Source: Erythrobacter sp. (GTDB lineage: Bacteria; Pseudomonadota; Alphaproteobacteria; Sphingomonadales; Sphingomonadaceae). From it: a stretch of 56,971 bases of DNA. The translations under genes and the position numbers were made by a program. Positions 23,652-37,032 of the stretch are shown here, piece by piece. The stretch lies in the NCBI GenBank assembly GCA_030065195.1, contig JASJDE010000004.1, forward strand, positions 1-56,971, in the 5' to 3' direction. The notes under the pieces are model-generated. The model made no database searches. It saw only the letters and a list, made by a program, of their open reading frames with translations, and was not told where the DNA came from. The first letter of the stretch is position 1. Each line of letters opens with the position of its first letter.

Positions 23652-24269
23652 TTAGGTCAGTTTCTTTTTCAGCCACTTCCAGAGCTTCTCGATTTCCTTC
23701 GCGGCCTTGCCGTCAGGGTCGATTTCGGCGGCGGTTTCGCCCTTGGCTGAGGAACGATGGAAGGCGGCGCGATCACCGAGCTCGACCGAGCAGATCTTGA
23801 GGCCCATGGCCTTGGCCGCTTTGCGGGCGTCCTTGCTGAGCACTGTTGCGCCGGCGGGGACGCCGTTGAGGACGACATAGGCTGGCTTCTTGGCGAATTC
23901 GACAAGGTCGGCGATCGGTTCGAGCGCGTGGAGGTCGAAGGCGCGAGGCTTGGTCGGGATCAGCACGATGTCAGACTGTTTGATCGCCTCGCGTGCGGCC
24001 GCGTCAGCGTGGGGAGGGGTGTCAATGACGATGAGATCGACGCCGTTTTTCTTGGCGCTGTCGATAGTACGTCCAAGCCGGGCCGGGGGGCTGGTCACGA
24101 CCACGGGCAGGTAATCCCCGCGCCAATCCGACCAAGCGGCCGCCGTGGCCTGCGGATCGGTGTCGATAACGCAGCTCTCATGCCCGGCTTGCGCCGCGCG
24201 AGTGCTGAGGTGGACGGCGAGTGTGGTTTTGCCGGATCCGCCCTTTTGACTGACGATTGCGATGATCAT
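23652..24269 (-). CDS. ParA family ATPase (short ParF-like type)
   Basis: Deviant Walker A QKGGSGKTT, IDTDPQ and IDTPP motifs; no N-terminal HTH. Confidence 0.92.
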   Translation of the reverse strand: MIIAIVSQKGGSGKTTLAVHLSTRAAQAGHESCVIDTDPQATAAAWSDWRGDYLPVVVTSPPARLGRTIDSAKKNGVDLIVIDTPPHADAAAREAIKQSDIVLIPTKPRAFDLHALEPIADLVEFAKKPAYVVLNGVPAGATVLSKDARKAAKAMGLKICSVELGDRAAFHRSSAKGETAAEIDPDGKAAKEIEKLWKWLKKKLT

Positions 24270-24395
24270 CCGATCAACATACTGGCGCAGCGGAGCTTCT
24301 TCCAGCCCGCTGGCGCAATTTGCCTTCTTCTAATCGAGAACGATTTTTATTAGGCCTGTCTGAACACTTACGGAGACAGTTACGGGGGTTGCAAG

Positions 24396-26219
24396 ATGGG
24401 TGGGAGCGATCAGCCGAAAGTTGCGCTGTTTTTGTCTGGGGGCGGATTACGAGCAACCCTGTTTCATCTTGGCGTTATTCGAGCGCTAAGGGAAAGCGTG
24501 GATGGAAGGCCTTCAAAACTCGAGCAAGTGAGCGACATCTATTCCGTTTCCGGGGGGAGTATTCTCGCCGGACATATGCTGAGCAATTGGGATCTCTATG
24601 TTGGAAGTGACAAGGAATTTGAGGCCGCAGTAGACGAAGTCCTTGCGTTTGCTCGTCGAAACGTGCGCGACCGAATTATCCGCCGTTGGCTACTGACTGG
24701 CATATTTTCCGGCGCGATCAGCTACCTTCGGAGCAAGTCGCACTCAGCGCGCACGCATAACTTGCAAAGGCAATGCGCGGTGCTTGTTGGCGATAAGTCT
24801 CTTGGGCATGCCTATCAGGGGTATGAGGGCCCGAAGTTTCACTTCCTGACGACAGGACTGAATTCCGGTCGCCTGTGCGCATTTTCCGGGACTGACTTTG
24901 AAGCGCACACAAAGAGCGACCCGGACGCCGCCGAATTCTATTCGGCAGAAAAGGTCGAACTCGCTTTTGCCGTCGCGGCTTCCAGTGCCTTTCCGCCCAT
25001 GTTTCCCCCTCTCGAACTGGAGGGCAAGTGGCTCGACCATAAGAACGGCAACATCGCGGGTGGGCGTTTTCTCCTCTCGGACGGAGGCGTGTTCGACAAC
25101 ACGGGCCTCGAGAAGTTCTGGATCGACCACCCGGACGAAGCGGCAAACAGCGAGCTCATCGTGAGCGATGCAGGAAGCCCGTTCAAATCCAACTCAAAGA
25201 GCGATTTTGCAGATGTTCTTGGCCGCAATATGCGCGCCTCGGACATCCTCATGTACCGTGTGGCGCAGGAGACTGCGGAAGGCCTTCAGAAGGGCCAAAT
25301 CACGCTCATCAAACCCGATCAGATTGCAGGCAGAACGCTTCCACAAAGCGTTCAGGCAAGGATCAAGCACGTCCGGACCGATCTGGACACATTCGACGGG
25401 AATTTGTCCAAGCTTCTTTTGGAGCACGGATGGACCGTGGCGTACAAACAACTGAATCTGGGCAAGCCTTCGCCTTGGTATGAATGGCCCAGGGTAGAGG
25501 AAGACCATGTAGAAGAGCACCTTAAGCAACGACTTGAGAGCAGCTCCAAACGATCATTCCTGGGCGTGTTCTTTGATAAGCAAGACTGGCTCGCTCTGAT
25601 CGCACTTTGGGGCGTTGTTGGTCTTGTCCTCTTTGCTTCGGTGAACACTGTCTTTGTCTATCTAGAGGAACGAAATGCTCAAATTGCAGCACAAGATGCA
25701 AAGCAAGAGGCGGATCGAGCAAACCTGGAAAGGCTCGAGACTATCTTGCAGGATGCGACGAGTGCCTATCGCGAACAGGATCAGGCCGCGTTGGGGGCGA
25801 TCCTAACTTCCGCCCTCGAAGACGCTCAGGGCGAAATCGATGGAACCGAACCATCGAGTGCTCTCGATGAGATGATAGAAGGATATCAGGATCTGCAGGA
25901 CTCGTTGGGTCAAGAAAGCGATACGTTGAAAAGCGGCGGACCGAGAGTCTTCATCCAGTTCGCCGGTTTCCAACGCGAGACGATAACGAAACTCAATGCC
26001 TCGCTCTCCAATGCCGGGTGGAACATGCAAGGCCAAAGCGGCGAGCGTCTGGGCAGGGCCGCTGGGTTGAGGGAAATCCGTTATTCGGGCGACAATGAAG
26101 AAGCGGCGGAACGGCTTGCTCAAGCCATTGATGATCAGCAAATTCTCAGGGGTCCCGTGAAGATCACCGAAATGAGCATCGTGTCAGACGACGTGCTCGA
26201 GGTTTGGATATCTCAATAG
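24396..26219 (+). CDS. Patatin-like phospholipase with TM helix and C-terminal extension
   Basis: LSGGGLRA, SVSGGS nucleophile elbow, ASSAFP and DGGVFDN motifs; TM segment WLALIALWGVVGLVLFASV. Confidence 0.88.
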   Translation: MGGSDQPKVALFLSGGGLRATLFHLGVIRALRESVDGRPSKLEQVSDIYSVSGGSILAGHMLSNWDLYVGSDKEFEAAVDEVLAFARRNVRDRIIRRWLLTGIFSGAISYLRSKSHSARTHNLQRQCAVLVGDKSLGHAYQGYEGPKFHFLTTGLNSGRLCAFSGTDFEAHTKSDPDAAEFYSAEKVELAFAVAASSAFPPMFPPLELEGKWLDHKNGNIAGGRFLLSDGGVFDNTGLEKFWIDHPDEAANSELIVSDAGSPFKSNSKSDFADVLGRNMRASDILMYRVAQETAEGLQKGQITLIKPDQIAGRTLPQSVQARIKHVRTDLDTFDGNLSKLLLEHGWTVAYKQLNLGKPSPWYEWPRVEEDHVEEHLKQRLESSSKRSFLGVFFDKQDWLALIALWGVVGLVLFASVNTVFVYLEERNAQIAAQDAKQEADRANLERLETILQDATSAYREQDQAALGAILTSALEDAQGEIDGTEPSSALDEMIEGYQDLQDSLGQESDTLKSGGPRVFIQFAGFQRETITKLNASLSNAGWNMQGQSGERLGRAAGLREIRYSGDNEEAAERLAQAIDDQQILRGPVKITEMSIVSDDVLEVWISQ

Positions 26220-26314
26220 CGCACAGCCGCTGATCCTCTGGTTTGCACCAAGGCTGAATGTTGCGGGTAGGCCCCAAGGTGAGGCATTCTCGATCAAAAT
26301 TGAAGCGTATTGGC

Positions 26315-28342
26315 CTACTGATCCAAGAACGAGCGCATCTTCCGCGAGCGGCTTGGATGCTTCAGCTTCCTGAGCGCTTTCGCTTCGATCTGGCGGATAC
26401 GTTCGCGCGTCACCGAGAACTGCTGACCGACTTCTTCGAGCGTGTGGTCGGTGTTCATCCCAATACCGAAGCGCATGCGCAGCACGCGTTCTTCGCGCGG
26501 GGTCAGCGAGGCGAGCACGCGGGTGACGGTTTCCTTGAGGTTCGCCTGAATCGCGGCATCGACCGGGATGACGGCGTTCTTGTCCTCGATGAAATCGCCC
26601 AGGTGCGAATCCTCTTCGTCGCCGATCGGCGTTTCGAGGCTGATTGGTTCCTTGGCGATTTTCATCACCTTGCGAACCTTCTCAAGCGGCATCGACAGGC
26701 GCGCAGCCATCTCTTCCGGCGTGGGTTCGCGGCCTTCCTCATGCAGGAACTGGCGTGAAGTGCGGACCAGTTTGTTGATCGTCTCGATCATGTGGACCGG
26801 GATGCGGATCGTGCGTGCCTGGTCGGCGATCGAGCGGGTGATCGCCTGCCGGATCCACCACGTCGCATAGGTGCTGAACTTGTAGCCGCGGCGATACTCG
26901 AACTTGTCGACCGCTTTCATCAGGCCGATATTGCCTTCCTGAATCAGGTCAAGGAATTGCAGCCCGCGATTGGTGTATTTCTTGGCGATGGAAATAACGA
27001 GGCGCAGGTTCGCCTCGACCATTTCCTTCTTGGCGATCCGCGCCTCGCGCTCGCCTTTCTGCACCATGTTCACGATGCGGCGGAACTCGGGTAGCGCCAT
27101 GCCGGTCTGTGCAGCGATATCGGTGATTTCGGTGCGGATGCGTTCGATCGCAGCCGCTTCCTTATCGGCGAAGGCAGCCCACTTCTTGTCCTTCTTCGCG
27201 TTTGCCTTGATCCAGCTGTCGTCGAGTTCGTTGCCGACATAGGAATTGAGGAAGTCAATCCGCTTGACCTTGTGGCGTTCGGCAAGCCGCAGCATCTGAC
27301 CGCCCAGGGCAGTCAGGCGACGGTTGAAGGCATAGAGGTTGTCGACCAGGAACTCGATCTTGGTCGCGTGGAACTGCATGCTTTCGACTTCGGCGGTGAG
27401 CTCTTCGCCCAGTTTTTCGTACTTCTTTTCCTTCGCAGCCGGGAATTCCCCGCCTGCGGCGAGCGTCTCGACGCGCTCGGCCTGAAGCTTCTCGAAGTTC
27501 TTGAACAGCTTGGTAATCCGCGCAAAGCGCTCGATTGCATCCGGCTTCAGCGTCGCTTCCATCTGGGCGAGGCTGAGGGTGTTGTCCTCATCATCGTCCT
27601 CTTCGCGCTTGGTGGTGCCTTCTTCGCCGTCTTCGCCTTCGGCGCTTTCCTCTTCACCGTCGTCTTCGTCATCGTCGCGAATCGTCGGACCAGCGGTTTC
27701 CTCGGAGATTTCGCCGTTTTCCGCCTCTTCGTTCTCTTCCTCCATCTTGTCGGGCGGAGGTTCCTTGGAAAGCATCGCGTCGAGATCGAGGATTTCGCGC
27801 AGTTGCATGTCTTCGGCATTGAGCGCTTCGGACCACTGGATGATGGCGTGGAAAGTGATCGGGCTTTCGCACAGGCCCATGATCATCATGTCGCGTCCGG
27901 CCTCGATGCGTTTGGCGATAGCGATCTCGCCTTCGCGACTGAGCAGTTCGACGGCGCCCATTTCGCGCAGATACATGCGGACCGGGTCGTCGGTGCGCTC
28001 ACCCGTCCCGGTCTTCTTGGCAGCCGGCGCCTTGGCGTCCTTCTTCGTGTCCTTCTTGGCCGCGTCGTCGACCTGCATTTCCTCGACTTCGGCTTCCTGC
28101 TCGGCCTCGGCCTCGGCTTCCTCGTCGTTCTCGACGATCTGCACGCCCATTTCGGACAGCGCCGTCTGGATGTCCTCGATCTGGTCGGGGCTCATTTCGC
28201 CGGAGGGAAGGGCTTCGTTGAGCTCATCGTAAGTGAGGTAGCCCTTCTTTTTGCCCTTGGTCATGAGCTTCTTGATCGCTGCCTCATTGAGGTCGATCAG
28301 TGGAGCGTCATCTTTGTCTTGCGTCTTAGCGGTCGAGGCCAT
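26315..28342 (-). CDS. rpoD: RNA polymerase sigma factor RpoD
   Basis: [38 protein letters not shown] and TRERIRQIE motifs. Confidence 0.98.
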   Translation of the reverse strand: MASTAKTQDKDDAPLIDLNEAAIKKLMTKGKKKGYLTYDELNEALPSGEMSPDQIEDIQTALSEMGVQIVENDEEAEAEAEQEAEVEEMQVDDAAKKDTKKDAKAPAAKKTGTGERTDDPVRMYLREMGAVELLSREGEIAIAKRIEAGRDMMIMGLCESPITFHAIIQWSEALNAEDMQLREILDLDAMLSKEPPPDKMEEENEEAENGEISEETAGPTIRDDDEDDGEEESAEGEDGEEGTTKREEDDDEDNTLSLAQMEATLKPDAIERFARITKLFKNFEKLQAERVETLAAGGEFPAAKEKKYEKLGEELTAEVESMQFHATKIEFLVDNLYAFNRRLTALGGQMLRLAERHKVKRIDFLNSYVGNELDDSWIKANAKKDKKWAAFADKEAAAIERIRTEITDIAAQTGMALPEFRRIVNMVQKGEREARIAKKEMVEANLRLVISIAKKYTNRGLQFLDLIQEGNIGLMKAVDKFEYRRGYKFSTYATWWIRQAITRSIADQARTIRIPVHMIETINKLVRTSRQFLHEEGREPTPEEMAARLSMPLEKVRKVMKIAKEPISLETPIGDEEDSHLGDFIEDKNAVIPVDAAIQANLKETVTRVLASLTPREERVLRMRFGIGMNTDHTLEEVGQQFSVTRERIRQIEAKALRKLKHPSRSRKMRSFLDQ

Positions 28343-28351
28343 GTAATCTCG

Positions 28352-30259
28352 TCAATCCGTTTCCGGGTCGCCTGCGGCTGTTTCCGCCGACGCCGATGTT
28401 AATTCCGATCCCACCGCCGAAGCGGAGTCATTGTCCTTTGCCGCACTAGCGGCCTTCTTACGCCCAAATGCCTTCAGACGCTCGTCAACTGTCGTGAGCT
28501 GTTGCCGCAAGCGGGTCTGCTCGGCGAAAGATCCTTCAGGGTCGTCGTCAAACCGAGCAATCGTTGCCGCCATAGCGGCTTCGAGCGCTGGTTTGAGGGC
28601 CAGCAGCGACACAGCTTCGGCCAGTTCCTCGCGCGCTTCACCGGTGGGCGTGCCTTCTCTGAGGAAAGCGTATCGAATATCGTCCGGTGGGGCAGGATAG
28701 CCTTGCTCGCCAGATATGGCGGTTTGACCGTGCGAATCAACCCTTTCGGACAGCTCTATCAGCGATTCGATTGCGGGTGCGGCTTCTCGGTCAACCTTGG
28801 CAAGGCGAATAAGGGCCTCGGCGTGGCGTTCGATCTGGTCGGGATGGCGGACGAAGCCGGCGATCACGGCGTTCATCAGGCCGCTACGCTGACCGCCGGA
28901 CATCGCCCGCTGGAGCGTGCTGCGGGCATCGCTCGAAAGGCCGCGCGGGGCAGGCGTCCCTGTCCGCCACGGGCCGCGCTTTGCCTGTCGGCGGGGTGGA
29001 TAGGCGAAGGCAGAGAATCGATCGAGCAATTCGCGTCGGTAGAGCGCCTGAATGTCGCGGTCCTGGATTGTGTCGACATACGCCATCAGGCGGGCCTTGA
29101 GTCCCGCTTTCGCCTCGGGACTGTCGAGCGGCTGGGCATCGCGCTCGAATTCCCAAAGCGTATCGAGCAGGCTCCTGGGCTGTGCGAGCAGTTTTTCCAT
29201 CGCGCCGACGCCTTGCCGGTTGATCAGATCGTCCGGGTCGAGACCGGCGGGCAGCCTTACGATGGCCAGCGATCGCATCGGCGCCAGCAGGGGTAGGGCG
29301 CGACCGATCGCTCGCATGGCCGCTTTCTGGCCGGCATTGTCGCCGTCGAAGCACAGGACGGGACGCTCGACCATGCGCCACAGCATTTCGAGCTGCATCT
29401 CGGTGAGCGCCGTTCCGAGCGGAGCGACCGCGTCTTCGATTCCGGCCTGCGCGAGTGCCACGACGTCCATGTAGCCCTCAACCACGACCACACGCCCGGT
29501 CTGGCGCGAAGCGGGGGCGGCGCGGTGGAGGTTGTAGAGTGTGCGGCCCTTGTCGAACAGCGGGGTGTCGGGTGAGTTCAGGTACTTCGCAACACCATCG
29601 CGGCTTTCGAGGATGCGCCCGCCGAACGCGATTACGCGTCCGCGTGCATCCTGAATCGGCAGCATGACCCGGCCACGGAAGCGATCGTATTTGGTGCCGT
29701 CTTCGGTCGCGATCCGCATCCCGGTTTCGACCAGCATCGACTCGTCGAATTCGGGCAGGGCGGTCGGCAGAGCCTGTTTGCTTTCCGGCGCGTAGCCGAA
29801 CCCGAATTCGCGAAGGATTTCGTTTTTGAGGCCCCGCCGCCGCAGATATTCCAGCGCCTCACGCCCTTCCGCGCCGCGAAGGTTGGCGACGAACCATTCC
29901 TGCGCCGCTGTCGTCACATCGACGAGGCTTGCGCGCTTTTCTGCCTTCTTGGCAGCGACGGGATCGGGAGCGGGAACCTCCATTCCGGCTTCCGCGGCCA
30001 GCTCCTTTATCGCGTCGATGAACGACAGCCCGCGCTGCTCGATCATCCAGCTGATCACATCGCCATGCGCACCGCAACCGAAGCAATGATAGAAGCCCTT
30101 CTGGTCGTTGATCGTGAAGCTCGGTGTCTTTTCGTCATGGAACGGACAGCACGCCTTCCACTCGCGCCCCGCCTTCTGGAGCTTGGTCGTGCGCATGATG
30201 ACGCTCGACAGCGTGACGCGCGCGCGCAGCTCGTCCTTCCATTGCGGGGTAATGGTCAT
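28352..30259 (-). CDS. dnaG: DNA primase
   Basis: CPFHDEKTPSF, HCFGC, KYLNSP, EGYMD and DGD TOPRIM motifs. Confidence 0.97.
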   Translation of the reverse strand: MTITPQWKDELRARVTLSSVIMRTTKLQKAGREWKACCPFHDEKTPSFTINDQKGFYHCFGCGAHGDVISWMIEQRGLSFIDAIKELAAEAGMEVPAPDPVAAKKAEKRASLVDVTTAAQEWFVANLRGAEGREALEYLRRRGLKNEILREFGFGYAPESKQALPTALPEFDESMLVETGMRIATEDGTKYDRFRGRVMLPIQDARGRVIAFGGRILESRDGVAKYLNSPDTPLFDKGRTLYNLHRAAPASRQTGRVVVVEGYMDVVALAQAGIEDAVAPLGTALTEMQLEMLWRMVERPVLCFDGDNAGQKAAMRAIGRALPLLAPMRSLAIVRLPAGLDPDDLINRQGVGAMEKLLAQPRSLLDTLWEFERDAQPLDSPEAKAGLKARLMAYVDTIQDRDIQALYRRELLDRFSAFAYPPRRQAKRGPWRTGTPAPRGLSSDARSTLQRAMSGGQRSGLMNAVIAGFVRHPDQIERHAEALIRLAKVDREAAPAIESLIELSERVDSHGQTAISGEQGYPAPPDDIRYAFLREGTPTGEAREELAEAVSLLALKPALEAAMAATIARFDDDPEGSFAEQTRLRQQLTTVDERLKAFGRKKAASAAKDNDSASAVGSELTSASAETAAGDPETD

Positions 30260-30319
30260 GGTTGGACAGTGCGTCCGAATGCGCGCGCGTTCAAGCGCGC
30301 TCTGTGGACTAGGCTGTGA

Positions 30320-30772
30320 CTAGCTGAGAGCCGCCTTCACCAGCCCGCTCGCCAACTTGCCGTCGAGCACCGCGCCGTGCTTTGCCTTGAGCGCGCCCAT
30401 GACTTGGCCCATGTCCTTCATCGAGGACGCTCCGGTCTCTGCCTTGATCGCATCGATTGCGGCCTTCGTCTCTTCCTCGCTCATCATCTGAGGGAGGAAT
30501 CCCTCGATCACGGCCAGTTCGGCCTGCTCCTTCGCGGCGAGTTCTGCGCGTCCACCGGTCTCGTACATCTCGATCGATTCGCGCCGCTGCTTGGCCATTT
30601 TCTGCAGCACGCTCGTAACCAGCTCGTCGTCGGGGATGTCCTTGCCGCTGGTGCGCTCTTCGATATCGCGATCCTTGATCTTGGCGGAGATCTGGCGGAG
30701 CGTCGCGGTGCGCTCTTTCTCGCCCGCTTTCATGGCAGTGATGGTGGCGGACTTGATGTCGTCGCGGATCAT
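30320..30772 (-). CDS. GatB/YqeY domain protein
   Basis: AMKA, KQRRESIEMY and MKDMGQVM motifs; upstream of dnaG. Confidence 0.92.
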   Translation of the reverse strand: MIRDDIKSATITAMKAGEKERTATLRQISAKIKDRDIEERTSGKDIPDDELVTSVLQKMAKQRRESIEMYETGGRAELAAKEQAELAVIEGFLPQMMSEEETKAAIDAIKAETGASSMKDMGQVMGALKAKHGAVLDGKLASGLVKAALS

Positions 30773-30802
30773 GGTTCTTTCCCGTTCTGGATTCGTTGGC
30801 CG

Positions 30803-31153
30803 CTATGTCTTCCTGGTCGGCTTGGGTTTCAAGGTCTGGGCGTGTTCTACGCACCGTTTGAAGAGCGCGCGAAGCGCAGCATCGTCATTCCAGATCTCCG
30901 GCGTGACATAGACATAGCCGCGCATCACCGAACCATACGAAATCACGTCCGAGGTGCCATGCTCCTCGTTATAGGCTTTCTTGTCCGTCTCGGAGAGCCG
31001 CACCGTCAGCGTTCCGTCCTTCTGCAAGGCGCTGAACATGTTGCCGTTCATCGCGGTGTACCTGTTCGCCTTTCCCTTGACCTTGAGGTCGGGATATTCC
31101 GCGACGATTTCCTCGTAACGGGACAGCGCTGCGGCGTAGTCGGCTGAGCTCAT
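30803..31153 (-). CDS. TfoX N-terminal domain-like protein
   Basis: NGNMF, LTVRL and MRGYVYV motifs. Confidence 0.65.
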   Translation of the reverse strand: MSSADYAAALSRYEEIVAEYPDLKVKGKANRYTAMNGNMFSALQKDGTLTVRLSETDKKAYNEEHGTSDVISYGSVMRGYVYVTPEIWNDDAALRALFKRCVEHAQTLKPKPTRKT

Positions 31154-31219
31154 TGCGAATACCTGTGGATGGATCGTTGCTATTCGCAGGTCTAATGCAA
31201 TCCGGACCGACAGCCCAGC

Positions 31220-31250
31220 TTGACGCGCGCCCGGCAGCCGCTTAGCCGAT
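31220..31250 (+). promoter_or_regulatory. Putative sigma70 promoter of carA
   Basis: TTGACG followed by a GCTTAG-type alphaproteobacterial -10 region. Confidence 0.45.
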
Positions 31251-31296
31251 GAGACTTAGCGACATCGCTGGAAACACCTGACTCGGAGAGCCCCAA

Positions 31297-32475
31297 ATGG
31301 CTTCTGCTGCCACACGTCCTGCGCAACCCAAGGGTGCGACGGGCTGCCTCGTTCTGGCCGATGGCAGCGTGATCTGGGGGCGTGGTTTCGGGGCAAGCGG
31401 CAGCGCGGTCGGCGAGGTGTGCTTCAACACCGCGATGACGGGGTACCAGGAGGTGATGACCGATCCCTCCTATGCCGCGCAGATCGTCACTTTCACCTTC
31501 CCGCATATCGGCAATGTCGGCGCCAATGCCGAGGATGTGGAAAGCGCGGTCGAGAGCGCAGTCGGCTGCGTGGTGCGCGAGGATGTGACGGCGCCGAGCA
31601 ATTTCCGCAGCCTGGAAGACTTCACCGCGTGGATGGAGCGCAATGGGAAAATCGGCCTGTCGGGCGTGGACACCCGCGCGCTGACCCGCGCGATCCGCCT
31701 GAATGGCGCGCCCAACGCCGTGATTGCGCATGAGCCGTCGGGCCAATTCGATCTCGACGCGCTACATGCCCGCGCGCAGCAATGGGCCGGGCTAGAGGGC
31801 ATGGACCTGGCGAAGGTCGTGACCCGCGAAGCGCAGGAGAGCTGGGAAGGCGGATACTGGCGGCTCGGCCACGGCTATGGACGCGCGGCGCGCGATGCCA
31901 CCCCGCATGTTGTCGCGGTGGATTACGGCGCGAAGGACAACATCTTCCGCAACCTCGTGCGCGCGGGTGCCAAGGTGACGGTGGTCCCGGCGAGGACCTC
32001 ATTTGACGACATCATGGCGCTGAGGCCCGATGGCGTGTTCCTCTCCAACGGCCCGGGCGATCCGGCGGCGACGGGCGAATACGCAGTGCCGGTGATCAAG
32101 GCGCTGCTCGATGCCGATATGCCGCTGTTCGGCATTTGCCTCGGCCACCAGATGCTCGCGCTGGCGGCGGGCGCGAAAACGGTGAAGATGCACCAGGGCC
32201 ACCGCGGCGCAAACCACCCGGTCCAACGCGTCGGGGAAGGCTGGGGCGAAACCACCGGCCTGGTAGAGATCACCAGCATGAACCACGGCTTCGCGGTCGA
32301 TGCCGACACCCTGCCGCCCGAGGTGGAGCAGACCCATGTGAGCCTGTTTGACGGCTCGAATTGCGGTATCGCGGTGAAGGGCAAACAAGCGTTCGGGGTG
32401 CAGTATCACCCGGAGGCTAGCCCAGGACCGCAGGACAGCTTCTACCTGTTCGAGAAGTTTGTTGGGGGGCTTTAG
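31297..32475 (+). CDS. carA: Carbamoyl-phosphate synthase small subunit
   Basis: FNTAMTGYQE, SNGPGDP, GICLGHQ and QYHPEASPGP motifs. Confidence 0.98.
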   Translation: MASAATRPAQPKGATGCLVLADGSVIWGRGFGASGSAVGEVCFNTAMTGYQEVMTDPSYAAQIVTFTFPHIGNVGANAEDVESAVESAVGCVVREDVTAPSNFRSLEDFTAWMERNGKIGLSGVDTRALTRAIRLNGAPNAVIAHEPSGQFDLDALHARAQQWAGLEGMDLAKVVTREAQESWEGGYWRLGHGYGRAARDATPHVVAVDYGAKDNIFRNLVRAGAKVTVVPARTSFDDIMALRPDGVFLSNGPGDPAATGEYAVPVIKALLDADMPLFGICLGHQMLALAAGAKTVKMHQGHRGANHPVQRVGEGWGETTGLVEITSMNHGFAVDADTLPPEVEQTHVSLFDGSNCGIAVKGKQAFGVQYHPEASPGPQDSFYLFEKFVGGL

Positions 32476-33102
32476 GTGGTCAAACAAGCGGAATTAGAAG
32501 CCTTGGTCTTGCACGGGCTTTACGAATATTATCAACGGGCTAGTGAATCCCTAACGCTGGAGGACGTTCAGGAATTCCTCTCTCCGGACGTTACTGATGC
32601 GAGAGTGGAACTCGCTCTCGGAGTCCTCGGTGGGAATGGATGGGTGAATATCGCGCGGCCGATCGTGTCGGGCCAGCGCACGAAATACTCCCTGACCGAC
32701 GCAGGTTATAAGTATGCAGAGCAACTCAACGAGCGAGCCGAGCATGAGAGCGATCCATTAGCCAAAGTCGAAAGCCAGCTTGCACCAGGTGCTGATCGAG
32801 TTGTCAGCTTCTCCGACAATCAACGCATGCAAGAAGACGCCATTGCAGCAGTAGAGGACGCGGAGGAAGTTCTTCGCTCGAGCAACCAAATCGATCCTGC
32901 CGTGCGGGACGAGGCGATACTTGGTAGTCGATCTTGGAAAGATGGCGTTACAAAGGGTCGAGCTTTCGCGGTCGCGTCATTCAAGTTTCTCGTATGGGAC
33001 AGGCTAAAGGCAATAGCTGAGGGCGGGATAGAGGACGCCTATCGAGTTGCGCTGACGGGCATTCTGCTCACTCTCGGAACAATCATTGTGAGTCTCTTCT
33101 AA
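32476..33102 (+). CDS. Hypothetical protein with N-terminal winged-helix-like domain
   Basis: Exactly fills the carA-carB gap; wHTH-like pattern ending KYSLTDAGYKYAE; hydrophobic C-terminus. Confidence 0.7.
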   Translation: MVKQAELEALVLHGLYEYYQRASESLTLEDVQEFLSPDVTDARVELALGVLGGNGWVNIARPIVSGQRTKYSLTDAGYKYAEQLNERAEHESDPLAKVESQLAPGADRVVSFSDNQRMQEDAIAAVEDAEEVLRSSNQIDPAVRDEAILGSRSWKDGVTKGRAFAVASFKFLVWDRLKAIAEGGIEDAYRVALTGILLTLGTIIVSLF

Positions 33103-36426
<3,324 letters not shown>

Positions 36427-36536
36427 CGAATTAGCGCAGTCCTCCCGACATTTTGGTGCAATCGGGCCGCCTCCATCGGAGCGGTCGCACTCGGAATGAC
36501 GCAGGATTCGGGTGGGACGAAGAAGGAAAGAAACGG

Positions 36537-37013
36537 ATGGCGACGATGGAAAAAGTTCCGATGCTGGCGGAGGGGTATGAGCGTCTTACTACAGACCTCA
36601 AGGCGCTGCGTGAGGAACGCCCGAAGATTGTCGATGCGATCGAAGAAGCTCGCGCGCATGGCGATCTCTCGGAAAATGCCGAGTATCATGCGGCGAAGGA
36701 GCGCCAGGGACAGGTCGAGGCGCAGATCGCCGAAATCGAGGACAAGGTCAGCCGTGCCCAGATTATCGACCCGGCAACCTTGTCAGGGGATCGGATCATT
36801 TTCGGTGCAACCGTGACGCTGCTCGATGAGGACGACAAGCCGATCAGGTACCAGATTGTCGGCCAGACCGAAGCGGATGCCAGTAAGGGCCGGATTTCTT
36901 ATTCTTCGCCATTGGCCCGCGCGCTTATTGGCAAGCAAGTCGAAGACGAGATCGAAGTAACCGTCCCGTCGGGCGACAAGTTCTACCTCGTCGACAAGAT
37001 CGAATTCATCTGA
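36537..37013 (+). CDS. greA: Transcription elongation factor GreA
   Basis: [18 protein letters not shown] and [13 protein letters not shown] motifs. Confidence 0.96.
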   Translation: MATMEKVPMLAEGYERLTTDLKALREERPKIVDAIEEARAHGDLSENAEYHAAKERQGQVEAQIAEIEDKVSRAQIIDPATLSGDRIIFGATVTLLDEDDKPIRYQIVGQTEADASKGRISYSSPLARALIGKQVEDEIEVTVPSGDKFYLVDKIEFI

Positions 37014-37032
37014 GGATAGTGCGAAAAGCACC

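Noticed and set aside
23652-24269. ParA as evidence of a plasmid or ICE
   Set aside because: No rep, parB, relaxase, integrase or iteron repeats seen; flanks are core chromosomal genes.
27560-27760. Repetitive TCTTCG/TCGTC tract
   Set aside because: Encodes the normal acidic non-conserved region of RpoD; not a DNA repeat element or CRISPR array.
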